The position numbers and the translations under genes are program-made. This document shows, piece after piece, positions 9,068 to 17,640 of a DNA stretch of 64,000 bases. Origin of the DNA: Escherichia phage YX22. Location: sequence record OR776998. One strand, given 5' to 3'. The notes under the pieces are model-generated. The model saw only the letters and a list, made by a program, of their open reading frames with translations, had not been told where the DNA came from and searched no databases. The number at the start of each line of letters is the position of its first letter. Within the stretch, counting starts at the first letter, position 1.

Positions 9068-10390
9068 TTAGAAAAGTCCTTTAATTAACCCTTTGCGGAA
9101 ATACACGTTGGTGTCCTTGGCGATACCATCCGCAGTCACATAGACCTGTGGATCCTGGTTCGCTGGGATCTGAACGAATGGGTTAGCACAAATCCCGTAG
9201 CGGGTCTTGAACGCCATACGTGGTGCGAAGGTGGTTTCACCCTGGGTGCGGTACATTTCCAGCGGTACATACGGTGCGAAGAAGATACCAGCATCCAGCG
9301 CGGTTGCGCCTTTGTATGCCAGGGTGATGTATTCTGCTACTGCATACGGGTCGATGTAGACACGCATACCGTTAGACAGCACACCAGCGAAGGTCTGGCC
9401 AGTCGGATCAATCGCCAGCTTGGTGTTTTCCTGCAGCGCCGGAGCATAATCCAGCATGCCGGACATCGCCAGAGCGGATGCTACGTTCGGGGAGCACAGA
9501 ACACGGTTGCCTTTACCACGACGGGTGTCAACACCGATGCCGTTCGCTTCGACTTCCAGCATGAAAGTCATGTACTTCCATTTTTCCAGCGCCCAACGAC
9601 CGGAGATGTCAGTGGAGATATCTACGATACCGTTGGTGCCGAATTTTTTGAAGCGTACTGCGCTGAAGTTCATGGTGCGGATAAACTCACGGTTCATCTC
9701 TGCCTGAATTTCAGTTACCATCACGTCGGACAGGATGCTGTCAACGTCTTCGCCGTGGATCGCCATCATGTCCTGGCGCAGTTCGTGGCTGTAGTCAGCG
9801 TACAGGCCGCGAGACTTCGCAGTCACGGTTGCTTTCTGAACGGTGATACCAACACGTGCCCATGGGTTGGTGGTGGTGCCCAGCAGTTCAGCGTCGGAGG
9901 TTGACATGCCTTTACCGATGGTGGTGGTAGCAGCGCCGGAACCTTCGATTTCAGTCTGGGAGAAGCCAGATGGGTCGCCAGCCTGTGCAGTATCGTCACC
10001 GGAGTAACCGGAGTTGGCTTCGTTCATGAACAGCTCAGCGCGGGACTGGGCAGTGTTGGAGCCGTCTGCAACGCCCTGGCGAGCACGCAGTGCGAAGATC
10101 TGACCGTCAGGACCAGACAGCGGCTGAACGCCGAAGAAGTCCATCGCGATGTTGACCGGAGCCAGACGTTTGGCCATGTCGATCAGGACTGGCTGCCATT
10201 TGCCCACAGAGGCGTTCACGGAGCCAGGAGCGTCGGATTCGCCCAGGTTTTTGGCGTTCCACTCAGCCTGGTTTTGCAGCAGACGGACGGCAACGTTTTC
10301 GGCAGAAAGCGGCTGGATGCTTTCAGATTCTTTCTGAAGAACTGGCAGCCACTGCTCGCGCATTTGTTCGGTAACAAGTTTCTTAGCCAT
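9068..10390 (-). CDS. gp23: major capsid protein, T4 gp23 family
   Basis: FGVQPLSGPDGQIFALRA, KSRGLYADYSHELRQD, KTRYGICANPF and C-terminal YFRKGLIKG align with recalled T4 gp23; start at second ATG (AAGGA SD). Confidence 0.9.
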   Translation of the reverse strand: MAKKLVTEQMREQWLPVLQKESESIQPLSAENVAVRLLQNQAEWNAKNLGESDAPGSVNASVGKWQPVLIDMAKRLAPVNIAMDFFGVQPLSGPDGQIFALRARQGVADGSNTAQSRAELFMNEANSGYSGDDTAQAGDPSGFSQTEIEGSGAATTTIGKGMSTSDAELLGTTTNPWARVGITVQKATVTAKSRGLYADYSHELRQDMMAIHGEDVDSILSDVMVTEIQAEMNREFIRTMNFSAVRFKKFGTNGIVDISTDISGRWALEKWKYMTFMLEVEANGIGVDTRRGKGNRVLCSPNVASALAMSGMLDYAPALQENTKLAIDPTGQTFAGVLSNGMRVYIDPYAVAEYITLAYKGATALDAGIFFAPYVPLEMYRTQGETTFAPRMAFKTRYGICANPFVQIPANQDPQVYVTADGIAKDTNVYFRKGLIKGLF

Positions 10391-10447
10391 GATGGTCATT
10401 CCTTACATTGATATTCAGTTAAGTTGAAATTACTTAGTAGTTCAAAA

Positions 10448-10472
10448 TCAAGCCCCCTTTCGAGGGCTGTGG
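10448..10472 (-). terminator. weak hairpin/terminator between scaffold and capsid genes
   Basis: Minus strand AGCCCTC-GAAA-GGGGGCT then TGATTTTG. Confidence 0.4.
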
Positions 10473-10481
10473 CTGCTAAAA

Positions 10482-11333
10482 TTAGCCGTTGATGCCGAAG
10501 CGACGATTATAGTCGGCCAACTGACGCTTGATAGATTCTTTCAGCTCTTTGTCTGTTTCATCTTCATCGTCATCTTCATCGCCTTCTTTCTTAGGCTTTT
10601 TGCCTTCGGCTTTAACATCTTTGTTGTCGTCATCGCCGTCTTTTCCGCCGACTTTGTCCTGGAAGTCATCGTCATCGTCATCGCCTTCTTTCTTCACGGA
10701 CTTACCTTCTACCAGGTTGCGGAAGGTGTGTACGCGGGAAGCGAATTCGCTTTCGGTGGTGAACTGCACCGCTTCCAGCAGATTGACAACCGTTGCTTTC
10801 TTGGTATCGACCATACCTTCACAGATACGGGCGATCACAGAGTCACGCAGAGTCGCATTCGCGGCTTCTTTGATTTGACGGTTTTCGCTTTCAGCAGCCG
10901 CAGCGCGTTGTTCTGCTTCGGCCAGGCGGGCAGTCAACGCAGCGATCTGGCCGTTTTCGTCGGTGGCAAAGTTAATACCAGCTTCTTTCAGAACACCAGT
11001 CAGGCCAGTCAGCAGGTTTTCAGCCGCTTCACGTTTGATCTGAGCATCGATTGCAGGAGCGTTCTTGTTAGCCCACTCTTCTACAACAGCATTCAGGAAG
11101 CCATCGACTTTCGTCGCGATTTCCATCAAGTGAGACTCTTTCAGCTGAGCAATCTCAGCCTGATGAGCTTCAACCAGACGCAGGCGCTCAATATTGGCAG
11201 CGTTTTCGGTTTCTTGAATAGCGGTCAGGCGAGCGGCTTCTACTTTAGATTCCAGCAGACCAGACACTTTATCCAAGAAGTCGGTGCTGAGGCCGTTAAC
11301 GCCCTCAAACAGTTTTTGCAATTCAGGTTTCAT
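10482..11333 (-). CDS. gp22: prohead core scaffold protein, gp22-like
   Basis: Coiled-coil-rich with acidic Asp/Glu low-complexity tail; between gp21 and gp23 as in T4. Confidence 0.7.
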   Translation of the reverse strand: MKPELQKLFEGVNGLSTDFLDKVSGLLESKVEAARLTAIQETENAANIERLRLVEAHQAEIAQLKESHLMEIATKVDGFLNAVVEEWANKNAPAIDAQIKREAAENLLTGLTGVLKEAGINFATDENGQIAALTARLAEAEQRAAAAESENRQIKEAANATLRDSVIARICEGMVDTKKATVVNLLEAVQFTTESEFASRVHTFRNLVEGKSVKKEGDDDDDDFQDKVGGKDGDDDNKDVKAEGKKPKKEGDEDDDEDETDKELKESIKRQLADYNRRFGING

Positions 11334-11378
11334 GATTGTTTCCTTCTGAACGATTTTCAGTATTTAGTGAGGCTGAAT

Positions 11379-12047
11379 TCAGCCCAGATGTTTCAATGCG
11401 ATATCGAGGCGGCGCAGGAAGTCGTCTTCTAACTGAATATTGGTTTTCACCAATGAATCGACCACATGCCCCTTAATGTCCTTAGGAACCCAAATTCCTG
11501 AAGATTCATCAAGCTGCCATTCCACAGATTCGCTCACAGCCTTTACATAACAAACTTGTCCAGAAGGACGGTCGACTGCATCAACAGCAGTGAGCATAAA
11601 GCCGGGTTGAACGTCATCATAGCCGTTCACTGACTTGGTCTCACCAAGGCCACGTGTAGACACGGCCAGGTTGAAGTCTGCTTCAGCCAGAGCACGAATG
11701 ATCTGACCTTTCGGTGTATTCAGGATCCGCGCTCGACCGATAGCGTTGGTGCCTTCCCAGCGCAAAGATTCGGTTTTGAGTGCAGCGTGTTCGATATCGG
11801 GGAAAGGATAATCCGGATGCTTGAGTTCACCGATTGCACGACGATCCTGGATATACTCTTTGTCGTATGCTTCGACAGCAGGGATACCCACCTTTTGGAG
11901 ATCGTAGTTGCGACCATTACGGTTCACCTGGTTACACATCACGAATGGACCTTCGATGTACATGGCCTTGCCGCCAGTAGCCGTGGCCGCTTCACCAATC
12001 TGAAGGTCTTTCCCTATCGCAGTGATCTCACGCAACAGTTTCATCAT
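11379..12047 (-). CDS. gp21: prohead core protease, gp21-like
   Basis: AIGELKHPDYP and VSTRGLGE match T4 gp21 ALGELNHP and VSSRGLGS; AAGGAG SD. Confidence 0.85.
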   Translation of the reverse strand: MMKLLREITAIGKDLQIGEAATATGGKAMYIEGPFVMCNQVNRNGRNYDLQKVGIPAVEAYDKEYIQDRRAIGELKHPDYPFPDIEHAALKTESLRWEGTNAIGRARILNTPKGQIIRALAEADFNLAVSTRGLGETKSVNGYDDVQPGFMLTAVDAVDRPSGQVCYVKAVSESVEWQLDESSGIWVPKDIKGHVVDSLVKTNIQLEDDFLRRLDIALKHLG

Positions 12048-12054
12048 TCGCTCC

Positions 12055-12360
12055 TTAACTCAGCCCCATCATACGACGGAACTTCATTGCTTTTTTCTTA
12101 CGACGCTCGATTTTGCGCTGGTATCCCATACCCATGCGTTTCTTGGCTCGGATCGCCTTGCGGTTGCCCAGCTTGCGAGTACGGCGCTCACTGGCGACCA
12201 TCACTTCACAACGGGAACCATCCGCAGACAGTTTGAAACCAGGAGCACACTGCAGACGGCGACGGCGTTTGCCTTTTGCGTTCACCTTGTCAATGACTTT
12301 CTGCTCATCCATGCGGGAAGCCAGGAAATCAGCGAACGTTGCAACTTCTTCGATTTCCAT
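12055..12360 (-). CDS. highly basic small protein (internal/core protein candidate)
   Basis: 101 aa, Arg/Lys-rich; position between portal and protease. Confidence 0.5.
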   Translation of the reverse strand: MEIEEVATFADFLASRMDEQKVIDKVNAKGKRRRRLQCAPGFKLSADGSRCEVMVASERRTRKLGNRKAIRAKKRMGMGYQRKIERRKKKAMKFRRMMGLS

Positions 12361-12372
12361 GATACATTCCTC

Positions 12373-12543
12373 TTACTGGTCGTCGCCGAAAGGACCCATG
12401 TCTTGGCTCAGGGAGTTCAAGACATATTCAGTACCCTGCTGGACCAGTTCTTGGGCGCGAGCGGATAGCTCCATTTCGCATTCAGCAGCAGCGGCATCAG
12501 TATCACCAGCGATGATTGCTTTTACCAGATCGATAGCGGCCAT
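12373..12543 (-). CDS. small prohead-core-like protein (gp67/68 position)
   Basis: 56 aa from ATG 12543 with AGAGGA SD; track start 12594 has anti-SD context. Confidence 0.4.
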   Translation of the reverse strand: MAAIDLVKAIIAGDTDAAAAECEMELSARAQELVQQGTEYVLNSLSQDMGPFGDDQ

Positions 12544-12580
12544 GTTCATATCCTCTAAATGTTTTCTATACTTAGTCGAA

Positions 12581-14275
12581 TTATTCTTCACCACCAGGAG
12601 GGTTAGTCGCTGGGATGACGTTAGGTCTGAATTTCAGTGGACTGACTTCCCCGCTGCCGAAGCCGCCGGACTCATCTGCCTGTACTTCAGGATATTTGCC
12701 TTCTTTCTTCTCTTTCGCGATCTTCTCTTGCTGGTCTTTGATGTCTTCATCAGACATGCGCAGCAGATTGCGTTGAGCAAAATCGATAGAGAAGAGAGTG
12801 CCGATATATGGTTCGATCTGACCGAGAGCCGCCATACGCTGCGACAAGATTTCGTTCTCTTGTTGTTCACGGATGAAGCTGTCAGAAGTGAATTCGAACT
12901 TGACGAACGGCTTGATCTTCTCATTCCAGTCAGCCTGGTCTGTAATGCCTTTTAATATCAGATGGCGACGCAGAAGTTCCAGGAAGATACCAGAAGAATA
13001 ACGACGGCGCAGGCTCGCACAGAACTTGTTGAAGCGCAATTCTTCCTGCGTAATTTCAGCAAGATTGGAACCACCGATGTTGATGGAACCTTCCTCTTGC
13101 AGGCGGCTCTTAGGGATCATCAGAGCCTCGTAGAGTTTCTCGCGGAAGTATACCACATGATCCATTTGACCCAGTTGGTCGCCACCGCCTACGTTGGAGA
13201 TCTCGGTTGCGTTCTGTCCTTCGCGACGTGGTAGCCAGTAGTCCTCAGCGATACCCATCAAATGAGTGTTACCAGCCACCTTACCAGTGGTGCGATCATA
13301 CGCCAGACGGTTCTTGAATTTGCCCATCATGGCTTGCATGTATTCTTCGGCCGACTTCTTACCCAGCGTACCCACGTCGAGATAGAACGCTCGCTTCTCA
13401 GGAGCACGTGTGATCGCATAGATCACCGTTGCATCTTCAGTTGTAACAAGGTTGTTCAGGGGACGGATAGCTGGGTTCAGCAGGCTTGGTACAACCCCAT
13501 TCGCCAGAGGCTCTTCACCACTGTCCAGATACACTATGCTCTCATCATCAAACACCAGCTCTTGCTGTGACGGTTGGAAGTTCTGAGACGTACCGGACTG
13601 GCCAGTGAATTGGTTGCGGTTGTAGTTCGGGTTGTAGTAGTATTGAAGTTTTACGTCATTGATGACTTCGATACCGTCGCGCATCGCTTTTTGAACGATG
13701 TACACTGGGCGGATACAGCGTGAGTCCATCATGATGAGTTTGGCGATACCCGCTTTCTTGTTCTTCGGGTCCACTACAACGTGGAATGCCTGACGGCCTT
13801 CAATATACCATTTGCGGATCTTCTGATACGCCGTGTTGTCAAAGTCAAGGAGATGCATGATCTCTTTGAATGCGTCAGTGATCTTCTCTTTGACTTCGTC
13901 TGTGATGCCATCTACCTTTTCCAGGTTGATGGTTACAGGAGTCTCTTCCTCTTCACAGGTGACGATGTCGTTGACAATGATATCCACAGCTTTACGAATC
14001 TCAGGCTGCTGAGCCATAGACTGGTACTCTTCGACCAGCTGTTTGACGTTGAGCAACTCATTCTCAACACCAACGAAATTGAATGTGTTCGCGCCGCCCT
14101 GGAGGATGATCGAGCCATCCTGAGAATCGTCCAGCGCAACAACAGTCGCTTTTGAAAGCAACTTCTCTTCTTGGTTCGTGACCATCTTGTCGGTATCAAT
14201 CGGCGCTTCTACTTTGCCGCCTCTACCGAACAGGCCGAAGAACCCATTTCCGAATGCACCATTTCCGAATGCCAT
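12581..14275 (-). CDS. gp20: portal protein, gp20-like
   Basis: 564 aa, positioned as T4 gene 20 between tube and core genes; GAGGA SD. Confidence 0.8.
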   Translation of the reverse strand: MAFGNGAFGNGFFGLFGRGGKVEAPIDTDKMVTNQEEKLLSKATVVALDDSQDGSIILQGGANTFNFVGVENELLNVKQLVEEYQSMAQQPEIRKAVDIIVNDIVTCEEEETPVTINLEKVDGITDEVKEKITDAFKEIMHLLDFDNTAYQKIRKWYIEGRQAFHVVVDPKNKKAGIAKLIMMDSRCIRPVYIVQKAMRDGIEVINDVKLQYYYNPNYNRNQFTGQSGTSQNFQPSQQELVFDDESIVYLDSGEEPLANGVVPSLLNPAIRPLNNLVTTEDATVIYAITRAPEKRAFYLDVGTLGKKSAEEYMQAMMGKFKNRLAYDRTTGKVAGNTHLMGIAEDYWLPRREGQNATEISNVGGGDQLGQMDHVVYFREKLYEALMIPKSRLQEEGSINIGGSNLAEITQEELRFNKFCASLRRRYSSGIFLELLRRHLILKGITDQADWNEKIKPFVKFEFTSDSFIREQQENEILSQRMAALGQIEPYIGTLFSIDFAQRNLLRMSDEDIKDQQEKIAKEKKEGKYPEVQADESGGFGSGEVSPLKFRPNVIPATNPPGGEE

Positions 14276-14340
14276 GATTAAGTCCTCAACATTTTCTTGT
14301 AATTAGTGAGGGGGAATAAGATCCCCCAGCACTGAGGACA

Positions 14341-14874
14341 TTAGAGAGACTTGTCTGAGATGGCCTGGAAGTAACGCAGGTCAACAGTGAACTGAGTATA
14401 AGAGTCCATTGCAGACATGTCCAGTTCCAGCTGACCGAGGTTCTGAGGCCAGGTGCCCTGAAGGGTCCAGGTCTTGGTGACGTTGTCATTCGCATCCAGC
14501 AGTTCCATGATTACATCACGGAAATAATCATCTGGGTTAGCAGACGCACGGTTGTTGTTGCTGCCGTTGATGTACTGCTGCCAGACTTCGAATGCGTTGT
14601 ACGGGGCGTTGTCCACGACGTTGATGAACGTCACAGGCAGCGCCTCGAAACGACGGTCACCTGGGAATGGAAGTTCACGACCACCCCATGGGACGAGTAT
14701 TTCTCCGAGCTGGCCTGTTGGGGTATTTGTGGTCACCGCCAACAGCGAAACATCACGGATAGTATCGCTTCCAGCCACGAAGGAAGGGAAGTTAACAGTC
14801 ACACGCCAACGGTGTTGGCGCTGAACGCCACCCCCGCGTGACATAGCTGCTCTGAATTCATTAACTGTAGCCAT
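14341..14874 (-). CDS. gp19: tail tube protein, gp19-like
   Basis: C-terminal LQGTWPQNLGQLELD..TQFTVDLRYF parallels T4 gp19 IKGLWPTNVGELQLD..QTFEVTLALDYWE. Confidence 0.8.
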   Translation of the reverse strand: MATVNEFRAAMSRGGGVQRQHRWRVTVNFPSFVAGSDTIRDVSLLAVTTNTPTGQLGEILVPWGGRELPFPGDRRFEALPVTFINVVDNAPYNAFEVWQQYINGSNNNRASANPDDYFRDVIMELLDANDNVTKTWTLQGTWPQNLGQLELDMSAMDSYTQFTVDLRYFQAISDKSL

Positions 14875-14894
14875 TATAGATTCTCCAGAAAGAG

Positions 14895-15608
14895 TTACAC
14901 AATTCTAATTAGCTGCCAACCCGTCGTGTTCAAACGCTCTGCGGTCGCAGTTTTCCTATGATACACAGACGGTGGTGGAACTGGAATACCCTTGTCGATG
15001 TAATCATAGAGTGCTGAATATTTAAGTCCCAACCTCTCCACATATTCACGACAGTTCCCGTGGATTTCGTGTTCTTCACCGGAAGGAGATACCAATTTGA
15101 ATCGCTTTGCATGACCGTTGTTCTTGCCCTTTCTGATTCCAGTTTCAATGCATTTTCGACTAAATGATAATTTACCTTCTTCTTTCCATTCAACCCCGAT
15201 CCGACAGCTAATGATTTCTCCTGTTTTCCACCGTGGATCATCGCAATCAACTAAACCGAGATGTTCACCAGTAGAAGTCAAAACTGCTCCGTGTTTATTG
15301 GAAAATGTGGACCCGTCTCCACCCCAGGTCTTGTTGTACCCTTTCTGAGTTGACATGTGGGTTCCGTGTTGCTTTATAAGAATGATTTCCAATTCTTTTA
15401 GATCTTCCAGGGATTTGGTCTGGGCTAACACTTGAACAGAAAAGGACTCTTCTCCGTACTTTCTTATTGCTTGGTGAATAAAGTAATCAGATCCCTTCTG
15501 AGCACTATTGCAGTGCTCCCACCACCTTTGCATAGGGTCTCTCGTCGTTATCCCAATATAGGCTTTCTGATTTACTAGATTTGTAATTTTGTAAACACTT
15601 CCGATCAT
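14895..15608 (-). CDS. GIY-YIG homing endonuclease inserted between sheath and tube genes
   Basis: N-terminal VYKITN..KAYIGIT GIY-YIG motif; 237 aa; interrupts conserved gp18-gp19 adjacency. Confidence 0.7.
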   Translation of the reverse strand: MIGSVYKITNLVNQKAYIGITTRDPMQRWWEHCNSAQKGSDYFIHQAIRKYGEESFSVQVLAQTKSLEDLKELEIILIKQHGTHMSTQKGYNKTWGGDGSTFSNKHGAVLTSTGEHLGLVDCDDPRWKTGEIISCRIGVEWKEEGKLSFSRKCIETGIRKGKNNGHAKRFKLVSPSGEEHEIHGNCREYVERLGLKYSALYDYIDKGIPVPPPSVYHRKTATAERLNTTGWQLIRIV

Positions 15609-15690
15609 TTCGATGCTCTCTCAGTAAAATCGTTCCATTTTAACCCGCGAGAGACCATTGAAATGCCCTCCGAAGAGGGCATGGGGTAAA

Positions 15691-17586
15691 TTAAGAAGCG
15701 GCTACGATACCACCACCGGATTCGATCTCACTGAATTCCATGTCTGGACGCACGGAAGCAAAATCAAGATACACCCAATTTATACTGTATTCTGGTTTCA
15801 GCCAGATACCCGCGACCATGGTGTTGGCTGCGATAACATCAGCGGTGTTGTTGTCCTCGTCACACTTCACCATCCCGTCATAGATCGCGCCCATGTTGGC
15901 CAACTGGCGGATATATGGGCGGACAGCGTTGCTGAACAACCCACGAGTGAATGCATCGTTGTTCTCACCAAGGTAGTATTTGGCGATGGCTGCGATGTTC
16001 TGCTCTGCCATAATGAACAGACCACGAACGTTGATGCGGTCGAACGCAGATGGGCGGGTCAGACCAGTCTTGTCGCCGTACAACACGATGCCTTCGTTGG
16101 AGAAGGTGACGATGCTGTTTATCTGGTTGCGATACAGCACAGCACGCTCATCAGAAGACGCAGACCACGCCATTCGATTATAGTTGTTGTATTTACCACG
16201 GTTGTGGAACGCCGGAGATTTGTAGATACCCGCGATTTCAATGCTTCGCGCCCAAACACCTGCGGTGCCACCACAAGCCGGAATCCAACGCATTTTGTCG
16301 TTGTACTTGTCGTACACATACGCCCAGTTGTCATCCATGAAGAAGTAGGAGGAGTCGCGAACAAGGCTTTCACGCCAGGCCACAACATCATCCATCTCAC
16401 GGCCACGGTTTCCGACGACCGTATCGCGAAGAGGAGACACGAAGGACACTGTGTCTTTACGCTCAGTGGACAGGTCGATCAGTGCCTGCTGCTCAATCAG
16501 TTCTTCACAGAAACCGAACACTGGCTTGGCATCATACGCTTCGGCGTTGTTCAGTGCCTGGATAGCCGCAACACGGTTCCCAGTGTAATCGTCTACACCA
16601 CCTTCGAGTTCAATCACACCAGCAGCCAGGGTAGTGGCGAAGGTGTACACCCAATTTGAGTTGCCGTTGATCACGTCTTTGAAGTACGCATTGGATCCAT
16701 CAGATTTCTTAGAACCCTGAGCGGTCTGCACCAGTTCATACTTCTCGATGATCGTACCGGAAGCACCAACAGTGGTGACGGCAGCGGTAGCAGTCAGACC
16801 ATTCGCGTCTGGAACAATCGCAGTCGCAGCCTGAGGACCGATTGCTTTGTGAGTGACGGTGACGGTGTTGGACTTCACGACAACAGAAGAATACACGTCA
16901 GTCAGAGCCGTCAACGCAGTGCCGATTTTGGTCGCCAGGGTGGCCGGGGTGTCAGTGTCAGTGTACGCCACGTCTTCGCCAGCAACAGAGATTGAGCCTG
17001 CACCAGTAGCCGTACCGGATACAGAGATACGATCAACCTGACCAACAGCACCGGAAGAATCTGTGATGCGACCTACTTTGTCAACGATGGCGATATGGTA
17101 CTCGCCATCCTGCGGAGCATATGCGAAGTTGTTACGGAATTCCCAGGTCGGGAACAGCGCAGCGTCACAGATGTTCACAGCAATGTCGTTACCCAGAGAG
17201 CCAGCATAGCGGCCTGTCCAGGTAATAGACGCAGATGGGGACGCAGTTTCGAAGTCTAGTTTGTTGCGGATAAGGATTGCAGTCTGACCTTTGGTTACAG
17301 CGTTGCGTGCCGCCGGACCGACCACACGGGTCACCCATGCAACAGAGCTGTAAGACAGGAAGTCAGCAATCACCAAGAAGTCGGTGGCAGTTGCATCGTT
17401 TGGCTTGAAGAATTTCTTCACCAGACCAGTTTCGCCACCAGTGACCAACACAGGGAGTTCTGCTTCACCCCATTGGAATTTGCCGACAGTCGCACCCTGA
17501 ACAACAACGGATGGAGACGTCTGAAGCGTGGCATCACGCTCAGTCCACTGTACGGACGGCGCAACGCTGAAGCTTTGAGTTGCCAT
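15691..17586 (-). CDS. gp18: tail sheath protein, gp18-like
   Basis: 631 aa from ATG 17586 (AAGGAA SD); size and position match T4 gp18; late motif upstream. Confidence 0.85.
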   Translation of the reverse strand: MATQSFSVAPSVQWTERDATLQTSPSVVVQGATVGKFQWGEAELPVLVTGGETGLVKKFFKPNDATATDFLVIADFLSYSSVAWVTRVVGPAARNAVTKGQTAILIRNKLDFETASPSASITWTGRYAGSLGNDIAVNICDAALFPTWEFRNNFAYAPQDGEYHIAIVDKVGRITDSSGAVGQVDRISVSGTATGAGSISVAGEDVAYTDTDTPATLATKIGTALTALTDVYSSVVVKSNTVTVTHKAIGPQAATAIVPDANGLTATAAVTTVGASGTIIEKYELVQTAQGSKKSDGSNAYFKDVINGNSNWVYTFATTLAAGVIELEGGVDDYTGNRVAAIQALNNAEAYDAKPVFGFCEELIEQQALIDLSTERKDTVSFVSPLRDTVVGNRGREMDDVVAWRESLVRDSSYFFMDDNWAYVYDKYNDKMRWIPACGGTAGVWARSIEIAGIYKSPAFHNRGKYNNYNRMAWSASSDERAVLYRNQINSIVTFSNEGIVLYGDKTGLTRPSAFDRINVRGLFIMAEQNIAAIAKYYLGENNDAFTRGLFSNAVRPYIRQLANMGAIYDGMVKCDEDNNTADVIAANTMVAGIWLKPEYSINWVYLDFASVRPDMEFSEIESGGGIVAAS

Positions 17587-17625
17587 AATCTTATTCCTTC
17601 TCTGTAGAGTTTCGCTCAATTTGAA

Positions 17626-17640
17626 AGATATTTAGTGATC
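17626..17640 (-). promoter_or_regulatory. late-promoter-like motif upstream of tail sheath gene
   Basis: Minus strand GATCACTAAATATC about 45 nt before ATG 17586. Confidence 0.45.

Noticed and set aside
10528-11432. Plus-strand ORFs 10528..10878 and 10728..11432 inside the scaffold gene
   Set aside because: Low-complexity Ser/Phe-rich antisense translations of the acidic repeat region; no SD; the minus-strand gene has clear gp22 character.
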